A DNA stretch of 64,000 nt from Flectonema sp. DT1601 (Eukaryota). The notes under the pieces are model-generated. The model was not told where the DNA came from and made no database searches. It was given only the letters and a program-made list of their open reading frames with translations. The position numbers were made by a program, and so were the translations under genes. Each line of letters begins with the position of its first letter. Position 1 is the stretch's first letter. Location of the stretch: assembly GCA_964019425.1 (NCBI GenBank), contig OZ025801.1, forward strand, positions 186,001-250,000. Direction: 5' to 3'. Of the stretch, positions 32,283-44,400 are shown in pieces.

Positions 32283-32621
32283 GTAATATTTTCTTTACAA
32301 AAAAAAAAAAAAAAGTCACCTTGCTTTCGGTTTCCTCCCCCCATAAGTGTAAGATACACTCTATTCATAACCCGTTTGATTGTGGGTATGTGATGGATAA
32401 CTTATCCCTCTCACCTCTAATCTTGTATTGAAAAGATAGATTGATGTTATACATATCAATAGTCTTTGAAAACAATAACCTTCAAGTTCACGTACAGTTT
32501 CAATCATCCAAGTTTTCCCTTTCACGCTGAAAGTATTTCAACGTTGAGTCAGAGAAAAACTGTTGTCCTGTTAACGTTGTCCACGTCCTTTTTCATATTT
32601 CTTTTATTATTGTGTTTTCTA

Positions 32622-33515
32622 GTGTGGTCTCAGTCTCATGTGCTGCAGGCCACCGCCAACGAAACTGAATTGCTGGTTTTCCGCAAGGGTGTTTGGAGAA
32701 CGTTTAAGTGTCCTGCTTGGGGTGTCCTCTCACCCCCTGTTGGACATGTCTCCGTTGTCAATCACTTTAGTGAATCACTTGAATTGAAACTCAATCGAAC
32801 TATTATATTTTTTTCACACTGCCGACAGGCTTTGTATTTATTCCCCCTTCCTTTACTGTCGAATATTTAATAATTCATTGTTTTATTTATTCGCAACATA
32901 GTAGCTTTTAGCATTATTCCTTTCTCTCTCTTTATTTAAAATATTTACGAATTGTGATCACCTCTCAATTACTTGTTATTATCGGGTGTGTGTTATCTTT
33001 GGTTTCGATTCTATATTTCATCTCTCAGGTACATAATAATGAATTCGACTACTTCATCAACAAGCAAGTAGATGACGTTTGTGTGATGTCATCTTACTGA
33101 TTTGAGAGGGGAATATGTCACAGCTTCATAGTTCATTTTTGAATTTCGAAACAGGGTAGCCTTAGTGCCGCATAGTTTTTTATTTTATGTCAGAATTTTG
33201 AAACAGGTGAAAGAAATTGCAGACTTGAGAGTTTAGCAACACTTCAGGTAATTTGATATCCCTGCGTAGATACTTAGAGATAATCCTCCTGGGGAATCCC
33301 AATAATTGAAACCAAACAATCACATGGACGATCATCCATTTGTGAAATTGATGTACACAGTCAGCTTGGATAAAGAAATCTGACAAATTGTTCTATTATA
33401 GTTTTTCATATCCTCAAGAGATTAGTACAGTTCTTCATTCGTCTCCGAGTTTATCATTTCATTTGTTAAACATCATCAAACTATCACTTCAAACAGTTTA
33501 CTTATATTTAAAGAA
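32622..33515 (+). repeat. Shared ~0.9-kb upstream block preceding both A and B genes (copies ~37565..38440, 45542..46424, 50429..51301, 55257..56137, 60258..61151)
   Basis: Near-identical sequence from (GTGTGGTCTCAGTCTCA)TGTGCTGCAGGCCACCGCC to CAAACAGTTTACTTATATTTAAAGAAATG occurs before every array gene except A1. Confidence 0.9.
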
Positions 33516-35067
33516 ATGAGAATTTTGATATTCTGCTTGGTAGCTTCCATTGTTCAGAGTCAGCCTACTGCTGATTGCGGAACATTGAAGTGCGGTACCG
33601 GATACGTCTGTGAGATGTTACAGAGCAGTAACGGTGCTTACCCAGAATGTGTTGCGAAGATGGCTCCTGCTAATGATTGTGCAAGCCTTAATTGCCTTCC
33701 TGGAACTGTCTGTGAGTTGATGCAGGGCAGTTCCGGTTCTTTCTATGAATGTGTTGCAAAGATGGCTCCAGTTGTTGACTGTGCTAACGTGAAATGCCAA
33801 GCTGGATATGTTTGCGAAGTAATCAAGAACGCCGCCGGTATTCTCCCAGAATGTGTTCCAGTTCCTACTTCCGACTGTTCAACTTTCAAGTGCCTTGCAG
33901 AAACATTCTGTCAAATGTTTAAGGGCAGCAACGGTGCTTTCCCAGATGCAGACAGTAAACCAGTACAAAAGGCATCTGCTATGCCAGCTAGGAAGGCAAA
34001 ATCGAAGACCAAGGAGGAGTTGACAAACGAAGAGAAGTTCTTAGCAGAGAAAGGACTGGCCAACAAATGTAGAATTGCCTATGACGAGGCTGATGACGAA
34101 GCAAAAGCAGGAATGAAGCGTAGCATTGAAAAGATCCTGCAAGGGGATACCGTTCATGGTACTGGGAAACCTGAGGATGCAAATGTTGAATTTATCACCC
34201 TCCAGAATGAGTTCGAGAACTTCTGCAAGCAATTCCCACATTGGGCTGAATCCGAACAATCATTTGTGGTGTGGAGAGACCACGCTGAGATGCAGGCAAT
34301 TGAAGACAAAACCGCTATTCAGGTTGTCCGCGTTCAAAACAGTGGCTTGAGCTACATGCACGCCCCAGCGGTCCTGCAGCATTATGTCATCACAAAGAAC
34401 TCTGGTGGTACCCACCGTGAAATGCTCAACATCGCTAAGTTCATCAAGGAATATTTCACCCCAGATGAACTGTATGACCACATTGTAAGGAACAAGGGTG
34501 GCAACTCAGTAGCATTTCTTCAGCACATCATGGGGTTGAAGGATAAAGATATTGAATCTTATACTATTCCAGGTGTTGAAAAGATGTCATTCCAATCTAC
34601 AGCCCAGGATGTCTTCGATTCTGTTCAAGAACATGGTGTTGGTCTCGTTTCCAGTTTCAAAGTTGATGCGAACTTTCATAAAGAGGGTGTCTCCTTCATT
34701 GATACTTCATATGACTCTGATTCATGTAAGGTTTGTGTATTTTTCATTATTGCTTCGCTGTCAAGAATCAGTGGATGACACAACCAAAAGAGGGGCATAT
34801 TAAATTAAACAACGACAGGGAAGACATGCCATGGTAATCATCGGCACACACAAGAAAGAAGACGGAAAGTTTACATTCCTCCTGCAGAATTGGTGGAGGA
34901 AGAGACAGCTTATCGAAGTATCAGCTGAGTATCTCTCTCAGATTGGTGCGACTATTGTTTTTGTAAAGAAAGAAGTGAAAGAAATCCCAGAGGATTTCCC
35001 GAAGGACAGTGCCTCCTACATGGAGACTGAGGATCTGGGTGAGCAGCTGCTCCCTGAAAGTAAATAA
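33516..35067 (+). CDS. Gene B copy 1: signal peptide + Cys-rich repeats fused to a papain-like (clan CA) peptidase domain with Ser at the catalytic Cys position, about 487 aa; exons 33516..34730, 34819..35067
   Basis: The first ~143 aa are near-identical to the gene A N-terminus. Then come RVQNSGLSYMHA (Q-x-x-G-x-C/S motif) and GGNS. After an 88-bp GT..AG phase-0 intron the frame continues GRHAMVIIG (catalytic His context) and FLLQNWW (catalytic Asn context). No TM segment. Confidence 0.8.
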
Positions 35068-35092
35068 ATTCACTTTTAATCCTTCCTGTTTG

Positions 35093-37232
35093 CCCCGCAA
35101 ACCCGCAAACCCTCACTAGAGATACCCGTCCAGGCTCGCTTCGCTCGCGCAAAGTTATTTTTCTTTTTTATTTTTCTGTATGAAAATTGTAATTCTTGTT
35201 GTACTAATGCTAGCCCGAAAACGACGGCTAGGTTGTGATATAAAAAAGTCCATGGTAGCCCCCCAATTTCCTTGGAACCCAAAAAATCCCCAATACTGGT
35301 AATGATGTAAAAAAACCCGCACTAGAGATACCCGTCCCTGTCAGGCTTTTTGGCCTTTAATCTTTTGGGGCATCCTTTCTGTTGTTCTTTCTCTCTGTTA
35401 ATTTTAATTTTCTCTGTTTCATTCAGCTTTTTCTTAGCAAATGCAAAGTGAACTTAAAAACAAATAATCTTCTGCCAAAGCATTTTTGCAGCAGACATTA
35501 AATTTTATGTCTAAAAATCCCCAATACTGGTAATAATTTAAAAAAGCCCACAGTTGTCCCCAATTTCCTTGGAACCTGAAAAATCCCCAATACTGGTACA
35601 ATACTGGTAATAATGTAAAAACTAGAGATACCCACCCAGCCTCGCTTCGCTCGCGCAAAGTCATTTTTGTTTTTATTTTTCTGAATGTATTAATATGCAA
35701 GCACGAAAACAACGGATAGGTTATAATTTAAAAAATCCCACGGTAGCCCCCAATTTCCTTGGAACCCAAAAAATCCCCATTACTGGTAATAATGTAAAAA
35801 AGCCCACGGTAGCCCCCATTTTCCTTGGAACCCAAAAAATCTCCAATACTGATAATAATGTAAAATAACCCCCAACAAACCCGACAATCTTTCATTAAGC
35901 TCCAAACATGAAAAAAGCCAAGTCCCAGAAGCACTGTTCTGATAGCTAACTTCAGTAGTACCAGCTTATTGCATTTACAGTTGCCATTTCCCCTCCTGGT
36001 AATCTCTGTGGAGCTTCTTCCCCTTTTGCTTCTTTTTTCTTTTCTTCCATGATTGTCTTTTATAGGAAGAATTTACATTAATTTCTTAATGTCTGAATGT
36101 GACTGCACATTCAGTCACAGTTTATTAACAGTTCAACTTAGGAGTTTAGTGCAGCAGTCATTAAGATGATGAATGTAAAAAATAAATCCCCGCCTTCTTC
36201 CCCTCTATCTAAACCCAAACACACATTTAAGATCCAGTTGTGATAGTGAAGAGAAAAAACGAGTTCTCCCCTTGGTTTTCTTTCTTTTGTAGCCCCCCTT
36301 TCCACTACAATAATTCCCTCCTGAAGGTTTGCCACAGTTGATTGCGATGCAATTGTTTCTTTGTTTATTTACCCTTTTCCCCCAGCTTGAATTAGGTCAT
36401 ATCATTTGAAAGTTGCTGTGATGGTGTTGTTATGAATGCAACTGTGAAGGTGGTCGCTATGCTGTAAATTCACATCGGTAGATGCATTGATATGAGAGCT
36501 GATGAGTTGCAACTGCATATGGTGAATGTTGTGTGTGAATGTGAACTGTGAAGGTTGAAAATATTAGTACATGCTATGTGTTCAAATGAAATGTTGCATC
36601 AGAGAGTTGCAGTTCATGTAATGTTTGAAGGTTGCATCTGATTGTGGTACTTCAAGGTTGCTGTTTTAGATACCATCTGTAGGTGCTAATTAACACCTAC
36701 CCCTCGATATGCCTGCAGAACATCTTCAGCTGCATATTCGCATGGTAGGGGTATTGGTATGTATATCTGCAAGCTGTTGGCTGTAGGACTGCAAATCTAG
36801 GTGAATATGAAACTAGGTTAGACATGTCCCTTCCCTACTACTTAACCTAGACATTGTTGTCATTTTAGGATTGGTGCTTCGCAGATCTGGGCATGATCTA
36901 TTATTACCAGTATTTGGAATTTTTTGGTTTCCAAGGAAAAAACTTTCTTTTTTTGGATGTGCAAACCCGCACTTTTCGATACCCGCTGACGGCTGTTTTT
37001 TGTTTGAAGACCCAAAAGAAAGGTCAAAAAGCCTAATGCAGGGAATAAAAACAGAGGTAACTAATACAAAGTTGTTCAGAAAAATAAAAATGGCTAACTT
37101 GAAATAACCCACATATCCACTACAATAACCTAGCCATGAATTCAAAAAAACAAAAACAAAACAAAACAAAGCGAGCGAAGCGAGCCTGGACTGGTATCTC
37201 TAGTGCGGGTTTGCGAGTTTGCGGGTTTGCGG
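35093..37232. mobile_element. Non-autonomous repeat composite with inverted arms, Helitron-like 3' termini and ~60-bp minisatellite (unit 1)
   Basis: GCGAGCGAAGCGAGC-CTGGACTGGTATCT-CTAG|T on + at 37171..37204, with closely related copies on - at 35115..35148 and 35621..35654. (GGGTTTGC)n is inverted at both extremities. Internal tandem AAAAAGCCCACGGTAGCCCCCAATTTCCTTGGAACCCAAAAAATCCCCAATACTGGTAATAATGT repeats. No coding capacity recognised. Confidence 0.6.
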
Positions 37233-38440
37233 AAAAAAATTACTTAACGAAACTGAATGGAATACAACTACCTGCTTATAGCATTATAATAACAGGTTAA
37301 GTCATTTGTAGTTTATTGTTTACTTTTGATTTTATAACTTCACACAGGTACTATGAACAATGAGAGATTCAGTGGGATCACTCAGGGTCTAGTAGAGACT
37401 GCCAATGTTGTGCGTTGATAGGCAAGGTGATCAACCTTGACATTCTTTCTTTTCCCTCCTGTTGTAACAAACACAAAATACACACACAGCTTACAGGTAC
37501 TCACATCTGCTGGAGCGATATCGATGCTTCCGTTGTCTTCCCTGGCTATTTCGTTTTCTTGTTTGTGCTGCAGGCCACCGCCAACGAAACTGAATTGCTG
37601 GTTTTCCGCAAGGGTGTTTGGAGAACGTTTAAGTGTCCTGCTTGGGGTGTCCTCTCACCCCCTGTTGGACATGTCTCCGTTGTCAATCACTTTAGTGAAT
37701 CACTTGAATTGAAACTCAATCGAACTATTATATTTTTATCACACTGCCGACAGGCTTTGTATTTATTCCCCCTTCCTTTACTGTCGAATATTTAATAATT
37801 CATTGTTTTATTTATTCGCAACATAGTAGCTTTTAGCATGATTCCTTTCTCTCTCTTTATTTTAAATATTTACGAATTGTGATCAACTCTCAATTACTTG
37901 TTATTATCGGGTGTGTGTTATCTTTGGTTTCGATTCTATATTTCATCTCTCAGGTACATAATAATGAATTCGACTACTTCATCAACAAGCAAGTAGATGA
38001 CGTTTGTGTGATGTCATCTTACTGATTTGAGAGGGGAAAATGTCACAGCTTCATAGTTCATTTTTGAATTTCGAAACAGGATAGCCTTAGTGCCGCATAG
38101 TTTTTTATTTCATTTCAGAATTTTGAAACAGGTAACAGAAATTGCAGACTTGAGAGTTTAGCAACACTTCAGGTAATTTGATATCCCTGCGTAGATACTT
38201 AGAGATAATCCTCCTGGGGAATCCTAATAATTGAAACCAAACAATCACATGGACGATCATCCATTTGTGAAATTAATTTACACAGTCAGCTTGGATAAAG
38301 AAATATGACAAATTGTTTTATTATAGTTTTTCATATCCTCAAGAGATTATTACAGTTCTTCATTCGTCTCCGAGTTTATTTCTTCATTTGTTAAACATCA
38401 TCAAACTATCACTTCAAACAGTTTACTTATATTTAAAGAT

Positions 38441-41400
38441 ATGAGAATTTTGATATTTTGCTTGGTAGCTTCCATAGTTCAGAGTCAGCCTACTGCTGAT
38501 TGCGGAACGTTGAAGTGCGGTACCGGATACGTCTGTGAGATGTTGCAGAGCAATAACGGTGCTTACCCAGAATGTGTTGCGAAGATGGCTCCTGCTAATA
38601 ATTGTGCAAGCCTTAATTGCCTTCCTGGAACTGTCTGTGAGTTGATTCAGGGCAGTTCCGGTTCTTTCTATGAATGTGTTGCAAAGATGGCTCCAGTTGT
38701 TGACTGTGCTAACGTGAAATGCCAAGCTGGATATGTTTGCGAAGTAATCCAGAACGCCGCCGGTATTCTCCCAGAATGTGTTCCAGTTGCAACTTCCGAT
38801 TGTTCAACTTTCAAATGCCTTGCAGGAACTGTCTGTCAAATGTTTAAGGGAAGCAACGGTGCTTACCCAGAGTGTGTTTCTCCAGCTAATGATTGTGCAA
38901 GCCTTAATTGCCTTCCTGGAACTGTCTGTGAGTTGATTCAGGGCAGTTCCGGTTCTTTCTATGAATGTGTTGCAAAGATGGCTCCAGTTGTTAACTGTGC
39001 TAACGTGAAATGCCAAGCTGGATATGTTTGCGAAGTAATCCAGAACGCCGCCGGTATTCTCCCAGAATGTGTTCCAGTTGCAACTTCCGATTGTTCAACT
39101 TTCAAATGCCTTGCAGGAACTGTCTGTCAAATGTTTAAGGGAAGCAACGGTGCTTACCCAGAGTGTGTTTCTCCAGCTAATGATTGTGCAAGCCTTAATT
39201 GCCTTCCTGGAACTGTCTGTGAGTTGATTCAGGGCAGTTCCGGTTCTTTCTATGAATGTGTTGCAAAGATGGCTCCAGTTGTTGACTGTGCTAACGTGAA
39301 ATGCCAAGCTGGATATGTTTGCGAGGTAATCAAGAACGCCGCCGGTATTCTCCCAGAATGTGTTCCAGTTCCAACTTCCGACTGTTCAACTTTCAAATGC
39401 CTTGCAGGAACCGTCTGTCAAATGTTTAAGGGAAGCAACGGTGCTTACCCAGAGTGTGTTGCTCCAGCTAATGATTGTGCAAGCCTTAATTGCCTTCCTG
39501 GAACTGTCTGTGAGTTGATGCAGGGCAGTTCCGGTTCTTTCTATGAATGTGTTGCAAAGATGGCTCCAGTTGTTGACTGTGCTAACGTGAAATGCCAAGC
39601 TGGGTATGTTTGTGAAGTAATCCAGAACGCCGCTGGTATTCTCCCAGAATGTGTTCCAGTTCCAACTTCCGACTGTTCAACTTTCAAATGCCTTGCAGGA
39701 ACCGTCTGTCAAATGTTTAAGGGCAGCAACGGTGCTTACCCAGAGTGTGTTTCTCCAGCTAATGATTGTGCAAGCCTTAATTGCCTTCCTGGAACTGTCT
39801 GTGAGTTGATGCAGGGCAGTTCCGGTTCTTTCTATGAATGTGTTGCAAAGATGGCTCCAGTTGTTGACTGTGCTAACGTAAAATGCCAAGCTGGGTATGT
39901 TTGTGAAGTAATCCAGAACGCCGCCGGTATTCTCCCAGAATGTGTTCCAGTTCCTACTTCCGACTGTTCAACTTTCAAATGCCTTGCAGGAACCGTCTGT
40001 CAAATGTTTAAGGGAAGCAACGGTGCTTACCCAGAGTGTGTTTCTCCAGCTAATGATTGTGCAAGCCTTAATTGCCTTCCTGGAACTGTCTGTGAGTTGA
40101 TGCAGGGCAGTTCCGGTTCTTTCTATGAATGTGTTGCAAAGATGGCTCCAGTTGTTAACTGTGACTTGAAATGCCAAGCTGGATATGTTTGTGAAATAAT
40201 CAAGAACTCCGCCGGTATTCTCCCAGAATGTGTTCCAGTTCCAACTTCCGACTGTTCAACTTTCAAGTGCCTTGCAGGAACCGTCTGTCAAATGCTTAAG
40301 GGCAGCAACGGTTCTAATCCAGTGTGTGTTACTCCAGCAAATGATTGTGCAAGCCTTAATTGCCTTCCTGGAACTGTCTGTGAATTGAATATGGGCAGGA
40401 CCGCTATTTATTATGAATGTGTTGCAAAGATGGCTCCAGTTGTTAACTGTGACTTGAAATGCCAAGCTGGATATGTTTGTGAAATAATCAAGAACTCCGC
40501 CGGTATTCTCCCAGAATGTGTTCCAGTTCCAACTTCCGACTGTTCAACTATCAAGTGCCTTGCAGGAACCGTCTGTCAAATGCTTAAGGGCAGCAACGGT
40601 GCTTACCCAGAGTGTGTTGCTCCGGCTAATGATTGTGCAAGCCTTAATTGCCTTCCTGGGACTGTCTGTGAATTGAATCTGGGCGGTACCGATATTTTTT
40701 ATGAATGTGTTGCAAAGATGGCTCCAGTTGTTAACTGTGACTTGAAATGCCAAGCTGGATATGTTTGTGAAATAATCAAGAACGCCGCCGGTATTCTCCC
40801 AGAATGTGTTCCAGTTCCAACTTCCGACTGTTCAACTTTCAAATGCCTTGCAGGAACTGTCTGTCAAATGTTTAAGGGAAGCAACGGTGCTTACCCAGAG
40901 TGTGTTTCTCCAGCTAATGATTGTGCAAGCCTTAATTGCCTTCCTGGAACTGTCTGTGAGTTGATTCAGGGCAGTTCCGGTTCTTTCTATGAATGTGTTG
41001 CAAAGATGGCTCCAGTTGTTGACTGTGCTAACGTGAAATGCCAAGCTGGATTTGTTTGCGAAGTAATCCAGAACGCCGCCGGTATTCTCCCAGAATGTGT
41101 TCCAGTTCCTACTTCCGACTGTTCAACTTTCAAATGCCTTGCAGGAACCGTCTGTCAAATGTTTAAGGGAAGCAACGGTGCTTACCCAGAGTGTGTTGCT
41201 CCAGCTAATGATTGTGCAAGCCTTAATTGCCTTCCTGGGACTGTCTGTGAATTGAATCTGGGCGGTACCGATATTTTTTATGAATGTGTTGCAAAGAATG
41301 CTCCAGTTGTTAACTGTGACTTGAAATGCCAAGCTGGATATGTTTGTGAAATAATCAAGAACGCCGCCGGTATTCTCCCAGAATGTGTTCCAGTTCCTAC

Positions 41401-44400
41401 TTCCGACTGTTCAACTATCAAGTGCCTTGCAGGAGCCGTCTGTCAAATGCTTAAGGGCAGCAACGGTTCTAATCCAGTGTGTGTTACTCCAGCAAATGAT
41501 TGTGCAAGCCTTAATTGCCTTCCTGGAACTGTCTGTGAATTGAATCTGGGCAGGACCGCTATTTATTATGAATGTGTTGCAAAGATGGCTCCAGTTGTTA
41601 ACTGTGACTTGAAATGCCAAGCTGGATATGTTTGTGAAATAATCAAGAACTCCGCCGGTATACTCCCAGAATGTGTTCCAGTTCCAACTTCCGACTGTTC
41701 AACTATCAAGTGCCTTGCAGGAACCGTCTGTCAAATGTTTAAGAATAGCTACGGTGCTTACCCAGAGTGTGTTGCTCCAGCAAATGATTGTGCAAGCCTT
41801 AATTGCCTTCCTGGGACTGTCTGTGAATTGAATCTGGGCGGTACCGATATTTTTTATGAATGTGTTGCAAAGAATGCTCCAGTTGTTAACTGTGACTTGA
41901 AATGCCAAGCTGGATATGTTTGTGAAATAATCAAGAACGCCGCCGGTATTCTCCCAGAATGTGTTCCAGTTCCAACTTCCGACTGTTCAACTATCAAGTG
42001 CCTTGCAGGAGCCGTCTGTCAAATGCTTAAGGGAAGCAACGGTTCTAATCCAGTGTGTGTTACTCCAGCAAATGATTGTGCAAGCCTTAATTGCCTTCCT
42101 GGAACTGTCTGTGAATTGAATCTGGGCGGTACCGATATTTTTTATGAATGTGTTGCAAAGATGGCTCCAGTTGTTAACTGTGACTTAAAATGCCAAGCTG
42201 GATATGTTTGTGAAATAATCAAGAACTCCGCCGGTATTCTCCCAGAATGTGTTCCAGTTCCAACTTCCGACTGTTCAACATTCAAGTGCCTTGCAGGAAC
42301 CGTCTGTCAAATGTTTAAGGGAAGCAACGGTGCTTACCCAGAGTGTGTTTCTCCAGCTAATGATTGTGCAAGCCTTAATTGCCTTCCTGGAACTGTCTGT
42401 GAGTTGATGCAGGGCAGTTCCGGTTCTTTCTATGAATGTGTTGCAAAGATGGCTCCAGTTGTTGACTGTGCTAACGTGAAATGCCAAGCTGGGTATGTTT
42501 GTGAAGTAATCCAGAACGCCGCCGGTATTCTCCCAGAATGTGTTCCAGTTCCTACTTCCGACTGTTCAACTTTCAAATGCCTTGCAGGAACTGTCTGTCA
42601 AATGTTTAAGGGCAGCAACGGTGCTTACCCAGAGTGTGTTTCACCAGCTAATGATTGTGCAAGCCTTAATTGCCTTCCTGGGACTGTCTGTGAGTTGATT
42701 CAGGGCAGTTCCGGTTCTTTCTATGAGTGTTTTCCTGATGTTCGTAATCAAAACTGTGATAAGGATGATGACTGTGAAGCTGATGAATTCTGTCGTACGA
42801 AATCTCTCAGTTCAGGGAAGTGTGGTACTGAAATGGTTTGTGTGAAGAGATCAAAAGAAGGAGAGTCTTGTGGAGGATTCACACCATCATGTGAATATGA
42901 TATTTGTTTATCATCATTGAAATGTATTGCGAAGGAAGACAATATTAACCTCCCTGGAAGTTGTATGAAATCTGAACTCTCGGAAGGTGACATTTGTCGT
43001 GTTGACAGCAAGATGATCATTTCAATGGATCGTAGTTCTGATTGCCCTGCAGGAACGAAGTGTACGAGAGATGTGAATTCGAAAGAATGGCTCTGTGTAA
43101 AGAGTAACGCAATCAGATGCAACCCGTCTTCATGTAAAGAAGGTGAGTATTGTTATGTTGAAGGAGTTAATGTAAAATGTATAGCGCCTGGAATTGATAA
43201 GAAGTGTGACCTGAAGACAAACGATGTAGTTTTGTGCGGAAGTGGTAGAACATGCAAGAAGGGGTTTTCTTGCAGTGGATGTCAGCAGACTTGCAAGTGC
43301 GATGTGAACGGGAAGAAGGCATGCAGCAGGGATTGCAGACCATCGTGCGAGAGAATTGAAGAGAAGTCGGAGTGTCTTGCGGAGTCGGTGTCGAAATGGA
43401 ACTCGTTGGGATGCAAGACTTTCAGTTGCTACAATTCTGTGAAATCACCTTCTCTGGAAGAGATGAGGTATTGCTGTGAGAAGACTGGTAGGTACTGCAA
43501 GGAAGACGAGAAAGATCAGTTTGACTGCAGATCAGACCCAAAGGGATGGAGATTTGCTCAGAGAAAGTGGTGCTGTGAAGAAAAACAAGTGGGATGTCCA
43601 ATAGCAATGTATGACTGCAGTGTTGATGATGCGTCGATGGAGATTGTGAAGAACGCTGAGGGATTGTTGCAGACTTCGGTTGTGGACGTGACGATGTGGG
43701 AGGAGAAGAAGGCTGCGTACTGCTGTGAGAAGTTCCAAGTCGGATGCGTTGTTGACGAGGATGCGTTCGATTGCGAGTGGAGTGAGAAGACTGTTGCTGC
43801 TTGGAGTGAAGAACAATCGGATTGGTGCTGTTCTGTGAAGGGAGTTCGTTGTCCGGATGCTGCGGCAGCGGATGTGAAGGTGAACGAGAAGTGCCAAGTA
43901 ATGCGTGCAGAACGTGCATCGTGGGATGAGCTGACGAGAATGGATTGTTGTCTCAGCGATGGTGTCGGTTGTGCGACGGAGAAGTTCAACTGCTTCAGCG
44001 ATTCGAAGGCAATGTCCGATTGGGGAAGTGATCAGGTTGACTGGTGTTGTAACGAAGAGAACATCGCGTGTTCAGTTGACTGCCGAGCTGATGCGGACCT
44101 TCTCAGCGAGGAAGACAAGGAGGGTTGCTGCAAGTCCAAGGGCCTTCACTGCAAGTCGAGTGGGACCTCGGGTGGGGATGATGAAGTAGTAGGCAGCCAG
44201 GGGAAGACAAACAACAAAAGGAAATCCTTCCGTCTGTCATTCAAGGGATCGTATTCAAAGATTATGGAAAACCCGAAGAGGTTTCTAAGAAAGTTAAGAA
44301 GAACCATCCTGCGAGTTACAAAAGAATTGGAGTCATCGAATGTGATGATCAAGTACGTTGGGAGTCTGATGAAAGACAACATTGTTCCTGCTAAGGATGT

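Noticed and set aside
32466..32870. 134-aa ORF (and copies) in the shared upstream block
   Set aside because: It has a non-ATG start, copies differ by frameshifting indels, and it has no recognisable domain.
34731..34778. Hydrophobic C-terminus VCVFFIIASLSRISG of the 420-aa B ORFs as a TM/GPI signal
   Set aside because: It lies in the predicted intron. Splicing instead supplies the His/Asn half of the papain-like domain in frame.
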